NCBI GenBank assembly: GCA_964187785.1
Contig: OZ076409.1
Span: 73,100,001 to 73,164,000 of the forward strand
DNA: 64,000 nt
Direction: 5' to 3'
From: Amphiscolops sp. MND2022
Taxonomy: Eukaryota
Made by a program: the position numbers and the translations under genes. The first letter of the stretch is position 1. The number at the start of each line of letters is the position of its first letter. The notes beneath the pieces are model-generated. The model did no database searches. It was not told the DNA's origin and was given only the letters and a program-made list of their open reading frames with translations. Below, in pieces: positions 51,901 to 64,000 of this stretch.

Positions 51901-54900
51901 CATTGCATAGCCAAAATTAACCCTTTGGTCAACCCTTATACTATTATTGGCTGGCGGAAGTTCATTATTGGAGCCCAAGAACCAACTAATGCACACTGAC
52001 GCAACCTATGGGACCTGTGATATGTGAAATTATGCTTTAGAATGATATCAAGTGGTTTTAGGATGTCTGAGGGTACATAAGAATGTTTTTACGAAAATTG
52101 CTATGACCGAAGTGAACTTCTCGCTCCGTCCAAAAATCGCCATACCGTGAGTTGGTCCTAATTGCACTCATTTTCGTCAATTACTATAGCCACAGCTTAC
52201 GTGGTGTGAATTTGAGGCCCCTACTACCACTAGAAAAAATTCCGGACCCCCAGAAGTGTTCCTTAAAACAGCGCTATAGGACGTCTTTTTTCAGGCAGTA
52301 TTTTGCCGATTTACTGGAAACTTTTGGTATTAAAAAATTGTTCTAAAGCACATGGTGCACTTTTTCAATGCCTATAGCGTTGATTCAAGTTGTAATTAGG
52401 GCCCCTTGGGTCCTGTGGCGATCACAGGAATCGCTGCCATAATTGATGGAAAAACATCTGATTTTTCCTTCAAAACCGTTCTTGGCTGGCGGAAATTCAT
52501 TATTGGAACCCAACATCCAACTAATGCACACTAACGCAACCTATGGGACCTGTGATATGTGAAATTATGCTTTAGACTGATATCAAGTGGATTTAGGATG
52601 CCTAAGGGTACCTAAGAATGTTTTTACGAAAATTGTCATGTCTGAAGTGAAATTCTCGCACCGTCCGAAGAACGCCATACTGTGAGTTGGTCCAAATTGC
52701 ACCCATTTTCGTCAATTACTATGGGTACAGCTTAGGTGGTGTGAATTTGGCGCCTCTACGACCACCAGAAAAAATTTTGGATCCCCAGAAGGGTTCCTTA
52801 AAACAGTGCTATGAGACGACTTTTTTCAGGCAGTATTTTGCCGATTTACTGGAAACTTTTGGTAGTAAAAAACTGTTCTAAAGCACATGGTGCACTTTTT
52901 CAATGCCTATAGCGTTGATTCAAAATGTATTTGGGGCCCTTTGGGTCCTGTGGGGATCACAGGAACCGCTGCCATAATTGGCATTGCATAGCCAAAATTA
53001 ACCCTTTGGTCAACCCTTATACTATTATTGGCTGGCGGAAGTTCATTATTGGAGCCCAAGAACCAACTAATGCACACTGACGCAACCTATGGGACCTGTG
53101 ATATGTGAAATTATGCTTTAGAATGATATCAAGTGGTTTTAGGATGTCTGAGGGTACATAAGAATGTTTTTACGAAAATTGCTATAACCGAAGTGAACTT
53201 CTCGCTCCGTCCAAAAATCGCCATACTGTGAGTTGGTCCAAATTGCACCCATTTTCGTCAATTACTATAGGTACAACTTACGTGGTGTGAATTTGGTGCC
53301 TCTACGACCACTAGAAAAAATTTCGGACCCCCAGAAGTGTTCCTTAAAACAGTGCTATGAGACGACTTTTTTCAGGCAGTATTTTGCCGATTTACTGGAA
53401 ACTTTTGGTAATAAAAAACTGTTCTAAAGCACATGGTGCACTTTTTCAATGCCTATAGCGTTGATTCAAGCTGTAAGTAGGGCCCCTTGGGGCCTGTGGC
53501 GATCACAGGAATCGCTGCCATAATTGATGCAAAATTGTCTGATTTTTCCTTCAAAACATTTCTTGGCTGGCGGAAATTCATTATTGGAGCCCAAGACCCA
53601 ACTAATGCACACTAACGCAACCTATGGGACCTGTGATATGTGAAATTGTGCTTTAGAATGATATCAAGTGGTTTTAGGATGCCTAAGGGTACCTAAGAAT
53701 GTTTTTACAAAAATTGTCATGTCTGAAGTGAAATTCTCGCACCGTCCAAAAATCGCCATACTGTGAGTTGGTCCAAATTGCACCCACTTTCGTCAATTAC
53801 TATAGGTACAGCTTACGTGGTGTGAATTTGGTGCCTCTACGACCACTAGAAAAAATTTCGGACCCCCAGAAGGGTTCCTTAAAACAGTGCTATGAGACGA
53901 CTTTTTTCAGGCAGTATTTTGCCGATTTACTGGAAACTTTTGGTATTAAAAAATTGTTCTAAAGCACATGGTGCACTTTTTTAATGCCTATAACATTGAT
54001 TCAAGCTGTAAGTAGGGTCCACCAAGTCCTGTATTGATCACAGGAACCGCTGCCATAATTGGTGTTTGCATAGCCAAAATTAACCTTTTGCTCAACCCTT
54101 ATATCGGTCTTGGCTAGCGGAATATCTTTTTGGTCCCCAAGAACCAACTAATGCACACTGACGCAACCTATGGGACCTGTGATATGTGAAATTATGCTTT
54201 AGAATGATATCAAGTGGTTTTAGGGTGTCTGAGGGTACATAAGAATGTTTTTACGAAAATTGCTATTACCGAAGTGAACTTCTCGCACCGTCCGAAAATC
54301 GCCATACTGTGAGTTGGTCCAAATTGCACCCAATTTCGTCAATTACTATAGCCACAGCTTACGTGGTGTGAATTTGAGGCCTCTACGACCACTAGAACAA
54401 ATTTCGGACCCCCAGAAGTGTTCCTTAAAACAGCGCTATAGGACGTCTTTTTTCAGGCAGTAATTTGCCAATTTACTGGAAACTTTTGGGTGTAAAAAAT
54501 AGTTTAAAAGCACATGGTGCACTTTTTCAATGCATATAGCGTTGATTCAAGCTGTAAGTAGGGCCCCTTGGGTCCTGTGGCAATCACAGGAATCGCTGCC
54601 ATAATTGATAGAAAAATATCTGATTTTTTCTTCAAAACGCTTCTTGGCTGGCGGAAATTCATTATTGGAGCGCAAGACCCAACTAATGCATACTAGCGCA
54701 ACCTATGGGACCTGTGATATGTGAAATTATGCATTAGAGTGATATCAAGTGGTCTTAGGATGTCTGAGGGTACATAAGAATGTTTTTACGAAAATTCCTT
54801 TGTCCGAAGTGAACTTCTCGCACAGTCGAAAAATCGCTATACTAAGATTTGGTCCGAATTGCACCCATTGTTGTCAACTAATATGCCTTCAGGTTACGTG
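42992..54900. repeat. Satellite array: 22 full monomers of 535 or 546 bp plus a degenerate partial
   Basis: Equivalent positions recur at 42992, 43526, 44072, 44607, 45142, 45677, 46223, 46758, 47293, 47839, 48374, 48920, 49455, 49990, 50525, 51071, 51606, 52152, 52687, 53233, 53768, 54314 and 54849. The first interval is 534 bp. Confidence 0.97.
46223..52686. repeat. Two copies of a 3232-bp six-monomer higher-order repeat
   Basis: 46223-49454 and 49455-52686 share the length pattern 535,535,546,535,546,535 and the same monomer-specific variants (e.g. translations at 46758=49990, 47839=51071, 48920=52152). Confidence 0.92.
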
Positions 54901-55727
54901 GAGCGAATTTGAGAATTTTAGGCCACCTGTGTGAGATTTCAAAGTGTCAAAAGCATTCTACAAAACGAAGGAAAAGAATAACTTTCGTTGCACATGACTT
55001 CTCGACCAACTGCAACAGAAATTAATCCTCTCAGACTCACAAAACTTGTTCAATTCATAACTAGAGAGTTCTAGTTACAAGTATACCATGTTCACCCTTT
55101 CAATTCCCTCATTAAAAAGTTTGTGAATATTAGAAAGTATTATGAAAAGGAAGGGTCTCGTCACCGTTGAGGTTTCTTGTCGCTCAACGCATCCTATTGC
55201 TCTCAAACGCTAAAAATATGCCCAAAATTGAACGCGAAAATCCCACAATTACTTCGGATACACCATTCAGTTGTCTAAACCTTCGGAAAAAGTGTTTTCA
55301 GGTTATAGGGTTGGGAAAGGGTTAATTTTAGCACCATGAATTTCAATACAGTTTTTATCCACTTAAAAAAGGAAATTGGTAGAACGAACTATGTTTTCGA
55401 TTTCTACGCACAAAATGGAGTTCGTAGACGCGTTTCTGGCATTGTAAGGACATTCTAAAGTTTTAAGGGTTACCCGGTGGATGGTTAATATCGGCACCCT
55501 TAAAATCACGGATTTCGTCAAGGGTGTAGTTATTTTCGGAATCAGCGTGAAAAATGGAGCCCGGTGCTCTTTTTTCATCTCCCTAACTTGTTTCTACGCA
55601 AAATTCGTGCCGGGTTAACTTTGGACACCCAAATGGTTAATTTTGGCCTACGCCAAAATTAACCATTTTGGCAATGGTTAATTTTGGCTCCTGGTCTTTC
55701 CCGCGCTCCGGGTTAATTTTGGTCAAA

Positions 55728-55755
55728 AAGTGACCAAAATTAACCCTGGTGCAGG
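55728..55755 (-). repeat. Right terminal inverted repeat
   Basis: AAGTGACCAAAATTAACCCTGGTGCAGG. It also forms the right arm of a local 16-bp hairpin (55710-55746). Confidence 0.9.
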
Positions 55756-55756
55756 G

Positions 55757-56550
55757 CTCCCCTGGCCAGTTTTATTCCCGGCAAAACCATTTGGCCCTAA
55801 ATACGGAGTTTCAGCGTTCCAGCATTCCCGGGCGAAAAGTTGTGGGACTTAGAAAATTTCAAAAATTTTCAAAAAAATTTTTTTCCGTTATTTGGGCCCC
55901 CAAAGTGGGGGAAAAGACCCCCCAACCAGTAAAGCAAGTGAATGCATGTGGAAAGCCCTTGTTTAGACGAGAAAAATGCCGTTTAGAACGTTTTTTTATC
56001 GTAACTTGACATTGACTTTTGTCGTTTTGAAGGTGACCGTTAGATACAGAAAATTGATATTTTGAGTGTTTATCCCATCTGAAAGCCATTGAGATACAAA
56101 ATTTTTTGTTCAAAACGTGTTTCATTGCAGTTTCGCTGTCCATTAACACCATTTGGTGTCTTTTGATGTAATTTTCTTTTCTATAATAACAATTTCTTTG
56201 TGTATTTATTCATTTTTTTCTCATCAAATAACTTGAAACAGTTGAGTACATTCCATCTCCCTTCCCGGGGGAGATGAGAATGTACTCGCTAAAGGTCAGG
56301 AACTACGGTCTATATCTTCCAAAACACAAAAGAGATTGCAAATGGTTTCAGTTTGTCGCAGAAAACTTCTTTTTGCACTCTGTGACTCGACAAAGTGAAC
56401 GTTTCTTACTTACTTTGAATCTCACCATACCACAACTCATCTCTAACGTCAACGCCCCCCACACACATCAACGCCCCCCGTCCGTGGGCATGCTGAGGCA
56501 TGCCCTTCGACGACGTATAACAAAATATATTCGAACGCGGTAGCGGCTAG
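55757..56550. repeat. Right part of the interrupted S unit
   Basis: Resumes the S consensus at CTCCCCTGGCC and runs to the junction CTAG at 56547-56550. Confidence 0.92.
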
Positions 56551-59500
56551 GTGCCGGTGTCTTTTTACACAATGGGGGAAGTTGCGCGGTTGGGGAGGGT
56601 CCCTGACGCGCTTCCGTGAGATCAGGTTTTTCAACTAGTGAAATCGACAAAGAAAATTGAGATCTCGTAAACTAGCCATACGATTTGGCTGAAATTTGGC
56701 ACACGTACCCCCCTCGGCACGGTGAAGATGATTTCCTACTGACGTTTTTCCCGCTAAACATTTTTTGTTGACCAAAATAACGGTTTTTGGGGTAAGATTT
56801 TCAACTTTTTTATAAATTTCATCTTATATCTCGCCACCGGTGCACGCTAGCGCTTCCAAACCTTGCTGACAAAAGTTTGCAAACTGTCTCAGGAATGCTG
56901 TGTGAAAATTTCAGCTCAATCGGACTTAAACTCGAGGAGATATAGCGTTTTTCCGGAGCGGGGGGGTTTCATTTTTCTAACGGTCCAGCTTATCTTTGCC
57001 ATTTTTTCGAAAATGCACTCGCCTAAAGGCCTCCCCTGGCCGGTTTTATTCCCAGCAAAACCATTTGGCCCTAAATACGGAGTTTCAGCGTTCCAGCATT
57101 CTCGGGCGAAAAGTTGTGGGACTTAGAAAATTTCAAAAATTTTCAAAAAATTTTTTTTCGTTATTTGGGCCCCCAAAGTGGGGGAAAAGACCCCCCAACC
57201 AGTAAATCAAGTGAATGCATGTGGAAAGGCCATGTTTAGAGGAGAAAAATGCCGTTTAGAACGTCTTTTTATCTTGGCTCAACGTTGACTTATGACGTTT
57301 TGAAGGTGATGTTTGGAGGTGTAAAGCAAGTGAATAGTAAACGTTATGAGTATTTATCTGATCTGAAAGCCATTGAGATGCAATATGATTGCTCAAAACG
57401 TAATTCATTGCAGTTTGGCAATCAATCAACACCCTTTGTTGTCGTTTGACATACTTTTTTGTTGTTAAAATAAAAAATTTTGTGTATTTATTCATTTTTT
57501 TCTCATCAAATAACTTGGAACAGTTGAGTACATTCCATCCCCCCCTTCCGGGGGAGATGAGAATGTACTCGCAAAAAGCACCGAACTACGGCCCTTACCT
57601 TCCCGAGCTACGCAGTATAAGGATTACATATTGGTTCCGACATTTTCATAGAGTTATATCTTGGTAATCTGTCTGGATATGCCGAAAAATCAGCACGTGC
57701 CTTTTAATATCAAGTTGCTTACAACGACAATTATTTTATATCAACGCCCCCATATTTATCAACGCCCCCCGTCCGTGGGCATGCCGAGGCATGCCCTTCG
57801 ACGACCCGCACCAAAATATACGTCGAGCGCGGTAGCAGCTAGGTGCCGGGATTTCTATTCGATAAGGAATTTTGCGCGGTTGGGTAGGGCCCCGTGAGCG
57901 CGCCAGGGGATAGTGTTAGAACAACAAGGATTTGGGCATCAGTTGGGAGCGATTTTCTAAACTATCCGTACGATTTTGCTGAAATTTGGCACGAAGCTTC
58001 CTTGGAACATTCTAAGAACAAATCCCTACTGGCGTTTTGCTGGGAAAAATCAAAAAGTTGGTCAAAAATGCGATTTTCCGACAAAATTTTGGGGTAAAAT
58101 TTTTTTGAAACGTTATATCTCGCCACAGGGTCACGCTAGCGCCTCGCAACCTATGATCGTGTTTTGTTGGGCGTTGTCTGTAGAACACGTATGCCAAATT
58201 TGGTGGCGATCGGACTTAAACTCAGGGAGATATAGCGATTTTTTAGGTGCATTTTTCGACATTTTTTGCGTTTGCTGATTTATCTCTGCCGTTTTTGCCC
58301 AAATTTTTTTTGAGACACTCTCCTAAAGACCTCCCCTGGCCGGTTTACCTCCCAGAAAAACCATTTGGCCCTAAATACGAAGTTTCAGCGTTCTAGCATT
58401 CCCGGGCAAAAAGTTGTGGGACTTAGAATAGTTTTTATGGTAACGCAAAATGTGTAAAGTCAACTTCAGGCCTCCCAAAGTCAAAGAACTTCCACACAAC
58501 TAGGATTGCAAGTGGGTGCATGTGGAAAGTACTCGGATAGACGAGAAAAATGAGCTATAGAACGACTCTGTAGCTTAACCTGACGTTGACTTATGACAAT
58601 TTTAGTGTGAGCTTGCTATTTGGTGTAAAAATTCAAATGATGAAAATCGAAGCTAAGTCTCATCCAAAACTCATCGGAATACGTTCAATGCATCCCAAAG
58701 CGGATTAATTCGAGATGTTTAGTGCAGCAACACCATTCAAGACCATTTGACCCATTTTTATAAGTTTTGACAACGTATTATTCATACGAGAGCACGAAAC
58801 AGTTGAGTACATTCCATCTCCCTTTCGGGGGAGATGAGAATGTACTCGCTAAAGTCCAGGTACTACAGCCCATATTTGCTTTGATGCGACGCTCTTATGC
58901 TAGTGCGCATACTTTTTAATCGTTTAACTGAATTTTCTTCTGTCTGCACTTTGACTTTGACTTGACATATAGTGAACGTTTTGTCCTTACAACATACACA
59001 TTACTAACGTCAACGCCCCATCCTTGCATCAACGCCCACCGTCCGTGGGCATGCCGAGGCATGCCCTTCGACGACGTATACCAAGATATACATAAGCGCG
59101 GTAGCCGCTAGGTGGCCGTGTCTTTTCGACGTGCTTTTGCATTGAGGAGTGGGTAGGGCCCCGCGACGACCTAGAAGAATTGGATGCTCACCGAAACGTG
59201 CAGAATTCTACGAGATCTCATAGTTTGAGCCATACGATTTTTCTGAAATTTGGCATGTGGCCTGGAATTGGTGAGTAGGTAAAACGTGTAGAAGGTAATT
59301 TTTCCCAAATTCCACTGTGAGAGGAGATATGGGCAAATAACGGACCCAAAAATGGCAAAAATGCACATTTTTCAACTTTGTCAGCCAATATCTCTTTTCC
59401 AGGTGCCCGTAGCGTTCCGCACGTGGACATCAATATTGCTCAGCGCTGTTGGAGGAGTGCGTGGACAAATTTTGGTTTGAATCGGACTTAAACTTGACGA

Positions 59501-62500
59501 GAAATTAACGGTTTTTTGGGCGTTTCCGGGGTAAATTTTTTAACGGTCCAGCTTATCTTTGCCATTTTTTCGAAAATGTACATGCCTAAAGGCCTCCCCC
59601 TGGCCGAATTTACTCCCAGCAAACCCATTTGGCACTAAATACGGAGTTTCAGCGTTCCAGCATTCCGGGGCGGAAAGTTGTGGGACTTGGAAAAATTTCA
59701 AAATTTTTTCAAAAATTTTTTTTCCCGTTTTCCGGGCCCCCAATGAAGGGGAACGACCCCCCAACCAGTATTTTGAGTGAATTCATGTGGAACGCCCATG
59801 TTTGGAGGAGAAAAATGCCGTTTAGCACATCTTTTTATCTTAACTTGACATTGACTTATGACGTTTTGAATGTGATGTTAGGATATATGAAGCATGTTAA
59901 AAGTTGAAGTTTTGAGTCTTTATCTCATCGGAAAACCATTGAGATACAAGCAGTTTTGCTAAAAACGATTTTCATTGTAGGTTAGCAGAGTATTAGTACA
60001 CTTTGATGTCATTTGAGTATTTTTTTCTTCTATATAATAACTGTTTTTATGTATTTATTCCAATTTATCTCATCTTTTAACATCAAGCAGTTGAGTACAT
60101 TTCATCTCCCTTTCGGGGGAGATGAGAATGTACTCGCTAAAAACCTAATGCTATGGCGCCAATGTTTGGATGGGAAGTTTTCTATGCTTTGAGAAAAGTT
60201 ATTTTTAATTACTTGATTTTTTAAAACAATAATTAACATGAAGTACATTACTTGCTCCTACTACTACCACCATACATCTCTAACGTCAACGCCCCCTGCT
60301 TGCATCAACGCCCCATCGTCCGTGGGCATGCCGAGGCATGCCCTTCGACGACGTATGCCAAATGCCCAGTGCCACGCAGTCTTTCCCCGCTAGGTGCCGG
60401 TGTTTTTTTACACAAAGGGGGATGTTGCGCGTGTGGGGAGGGTCCCTGACGCGCTCCCGGGATTTCGGATTTTTTAACCTTTACGTACCCATCAAAAATT
60501 TTGGGATCTCGAAAACTAGCCGTACGATTTGGCTGAAATTTGGCACACGTACCCCCCTCGGCACGGTGAAGATGATTTCCTACTGACGTTTTGCTCGCTA
60601 AACATTTTTTGTTGACCAAAATAACGGTTTTTGGGGTAAAATTTTCAACTTTTTTTAAATTTCATCTTATATCTCGCCACAGGTGCACGCTAGCGCTTCC
60701 AAACCTTGCTGACGAAAGTTTGCAAACTGTCTCAGGAATGCTGTGTGAAAATTTCAGCTCAATCGGACTTGAACTCGAGGAGATATAGCGTTTTTCCGGA
60801 GCGGGGGGGTTTCATTTTTCTAACGGTCCAGCTTATCTTTGCCATTTTTTCGAAAATGCACTCGCCTAAAGGCCTCCCCTGGCCGGTTTTATTCCCAGCA
60901 AAACCATTTGGCCCTAAATACGGAGTTTCAGCGTTCCAGCGTTTCCGGGCGAAAAGTTGTGGGACTTAGAAAATTTCAAAAATTTTCAAAAAAAATTTTT
61001 CCGTTATTTAGGTCCCCAAAGTGGGGAAAAGGACCCCCCAACCAGTAAAGCAAGTGAATGCATGTGGAAAGCCCTTGTTTAGACGAGAAAAATGGCGTTT
61101 GGAACGTTTTTTTATCGTAACTTGACATTGACTTTTGTCGTTTTGAAGGTGACCGTTAGATACAGAAAATTGATATTTTGAGTGTTTATCCCATCTGAAA
61201 GCCATTGAGATACAAAATTTTTTGTTCAAAACGTGTTTCATTGCAGTTTCGCTGTCCATGAACACCCTTTGGTGTCTTTTGACGTAATTTTCTATTCTAT
61301 AATAACAATTTCTTTGTGTATTTATACATTTTTTTCTCATCAAATAACTTGAAACAGTTGAGTACATTCCATCTCCCTTCCCGGGGGAGATGAGAATGTA
61401 CTCGCTAAAGGCCGCGAACTACGGTCTATATCTTCCCCAACACAAAAAAGATTGAAAATTGTTTCATTTTGTGGAAAAAATTCTTCTTTTTGTACTCTTT
61501 GACTCGACAAAGTGAACGTTTCTTACCTATTTTGAAACTTCCCTCACCAAAAATCATCTCTAACGTCAGCGCCTCCCTACTTGCATCAACGCCCCCCGTC
61601 CGTGGGCATGCCGAGGCATGCCCTTCGACGACGTATGCCCAAGATATACCCCGAGCGCGGTAGCCGCTAGGTGCCGGTGTTTTTTTACACAATGGGGGAA
61701 GTTGCGCGGTTGGGGAGGGTCCCTGACGCGCTCCCGGGATTTCGGATTTTTTAACCTTTACGTACCCATCAAAAATTTTGGGATCTCGAAAACTAGCCGT
61801 ACGATTTGGCTGAAATTTGGCACACGTACCCCCCTCGGCACGGTGAAGATGATTCCCTACTGACGTTTTGCTCGCTAAACATTTTTTGTTGTCCAAAATA
61901 ACGGTTTTTGGGGTAAAATTTTGAACTTTTTTTAAATTTCATCTTATATCTCGCCACGGGTACACGCTAGCGCTTCCAAACCTTGCTGACGAAAGTTTGC
62001 AAACTGTCTCAGGAATGCGGTGTGAAATTTTCAGCTCAATCGGACTTAAACTCGGGGAGATATAGCGTTTTTCCGGAGCGGGGGGGTTTCATTTTTCTAA
62101 CGGTCCAGCTTATCTTTGCCATTTTTTCGAAAATGCACTCGCCTAAAGGCCTCCCCTGGCCGGTTTTATTCCCAGCAAAACCATTTGGCCCTAAATACGG
62201 AGTTTCAGCGTTCCAGCATTTCCGGGCGAAAAGTTGTGGGACTTAGAAAATTTCAAAAATTTTCAAAAAATTTTTTTTCCGTTATTTGGGCCCCCAAAGT
62301 GGGGGAAAGCACCCCCCAACCAGTAAAGCAAGTGAATGCATGTGGAAAGCCCTTGTTTAGAGGAGAAAAATGCCGTTTAGAACGTCTTTTTATCTTGGCT
62401 CAACGTTGACTTATGACGTTTTGAAGGTGATGTTTGGAGGTGTAAAGCACGTGAATAGTAAACGTTATGAGTATTTATCTGATCTGAAAGCCATTGAGAT

Positions 62501-64000
62501 GCAATATGGTTTGCTCAAAACGTAATTCATTGCAGTTTGGCAATCAATCAACACCCTTTGTTGTCGTTTGACATACTTTTTTGTTGTTATAATAAAAAAT
62601 TTTGTGTATTTATTCATTTTTTTCTCATCAAATAACTTGGAACAGTTGAGTACATTCCATCCCCCCCTTCCGGGGGAGATGAGAATGTACTCGCAAAAAG
62701 CACCGAACTACGGCCCTTACCTTCCCGAGCTACGCAGTATAAGGATTACATATTGGTTCCGACATTTTCATAGAGTTATATCTTGGTAATCTGTCTGGAT
62801 ATGCCGAAAAATCAGCACGTGCCTTTTAATACCAAGTTGCTCACAACGACAATTATTTTATATCAACGCCCCCATATTTATCAACGCCCCCCGTCCGTGG
62901 GCATGCCGAGGCATGCCCTTCGACGACCCGCACCAAAATATGCGTTAGCGCGGTAGCTGCTAGGTGCCGGGATTTCTATTCGATAAAGTATGTGGCGCGC
63001 CTTGGGTAGGGTCCCTTGCGCGCTCTTGGGTATGGTGTTCACCAGCTAGGAAACAGGGGTCGATTTTTCGGGATCTCCTAAACTAGCCACACGATTTGGC
63101 TGAAATTTGGCACACGTACTCCCCTCGGCACGGTGAAGATGATTTCCTACTGACGTTTTTCCCGCAAAATTTTTTTTGTTGTCCAAAATAACGGTTTTTG
63201 GGGTAAAATTTTGAATTTTTTTTAAATTTTATCTTATATCTCGCCACCGGTTTACGCTAGCGCTTCAAAACCCTGCTAAAGAAAGCTTGCAAACTGTCTC
63301 AGGAATGCGGTGTGAAATTTTCAGCTCAATCGGACTTAAACTCGGGGAGATATAGCGTTTTTCCGGAGCGGGGGGGGTTTCATTTTTCTAACGGTCCAGC
63401 TTATCTTAGCCATTTTTTCGAAAATGTACTCGCCTAAAGACCTCCCCTGGCCGGTTTCATTCCCAGCAAAACCATTTGGCCCTAAATACGGAGTTTCAGC
63501 GTTCCAGCATTCCCGGGCGAAAAGTTGTGGGACTTAGAAAAATTCAAAAATTTTCAAAAAAATTTTTTTCCGTTTTCCGCCCTCCCCCCCTAGGGGAAAA
63601 GACCCCCCAACCAGTAATTTGAGTGAATTCATGTGGAAAGGCCATGTTTAGACGAAAAAATTGCCGTTTAGAACGTCTTTCTATCTCAACCTGACATTGA
63701 CTTATGAAGCTTTAAAGGTGATGTTTGGACGTGTGAAGAATGTAAAAAAAGGAATTTTTTTGATTTTATTTAATCAGAAAGTCATTGAATCACACGCTGT
63801 GAAGCCCAGAGCGTGGTTTCTAATAGTTTGGTATCGTTTAAACGCATTTTGATGTCTTTTTACTCTGTTTAAAAAACTTTTCTCATGAAAATTAATAAAT
63901 TTTGATTACTTTTCTTACTTTCCATTAATTTTTTTTTCTTATATTTTTACTTGAAACAGTTGAGTACATTCCATCTCCCTTCCCGGGGGAGATGAGAATG
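56551..64000. repeat. Five complete S-family units and one 3'-truncated unit
   Basis: Units 56551-57842, 57843-59111 (divergent), 59112-60393 (highly divergent), 60394-61670, 61671-62963 and 62964-64000 (partial). Confidence 0.93.

Larger units (their letters stand above)
41299..55756. mobile_element. ~14.5-kb non-autonomous DNA transposon-like insertion with terminal inverted repeats and an internal satellite; superfamily unresolved
   Basis: 28-bp inverted repeats at 41303-41330 and 55728-55755 (1 mismatch). Host CTCCC is on both sides (41294-41298 and 55757-55761). Removing the insert and one CTCCC restores a 1274-bp S unit. No transposase ORF. The left end is uncertain by ~4 bp (TAAT). 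Confidence 0.85.

Noticed and set aside
42992..53962. Repeated 64-aa ORF (MVQIAPIFVNYY...) as a tandem gene family
   Set aside because: It has a TTG start, is missing from the track for the monomers at 45142 and 54314, has no recognisable domain, and its conservation just reflects satellite homogeneity.
233..63852. Short ORFs (60-156 aa) in the six-frame track as protein-coding genes
   Set aside because: They recur with the repeats, many use non-ATG starts, they gain stops and frameshifts between copies, and none resembles a transposase, Rep/helicase, recombinase or reverse transcriptase that I recognise.

Overview
This window is entirely repetitive and looks eukaryotic. No credible protein-coding or structural RNA gene was found, and the short ORFs only recur with the repeats. 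About 49.5 kb is a head-to-tail array of 33 units from two families that share little besides their terminal motifs. Family S has 22 copies, mostly 1.26-1.29 kb (two cut by the window edges, one interrupted). Family L has 11 copies of 1.97-1.99 kb. The order is irregular: S L S L8 S6 L2 S14. All 32 junctions share one design: two TCAACGCC-like boxes, a near-invariant palindrome GGGCATGCC-GA-GGCATGCCC, a variable ~30-46 bp spacer, an invariant 7-bp core CTAGGTG, and a second hairpin with a conserved loop and variable stems. Unit ends are reassorted exactly at the core, and the window holds an apparent filled-site/empty-site pair. This suggests a cassette-like array of non-autonomous mobile elements built by site-specific insertion or recombination (inference; the enzyme is not in the window). 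One S unit is split by a ~14.5-kb element (41299-55756) with 28-bp terminal inverted repeats and many subterminal GGTTAATTTTGG motifs. That element carries 22 monomers of a 535/546-bp satellite with a duplicated 3232-bp higher-order repeat. All coordinates and comparisons were made by eye.
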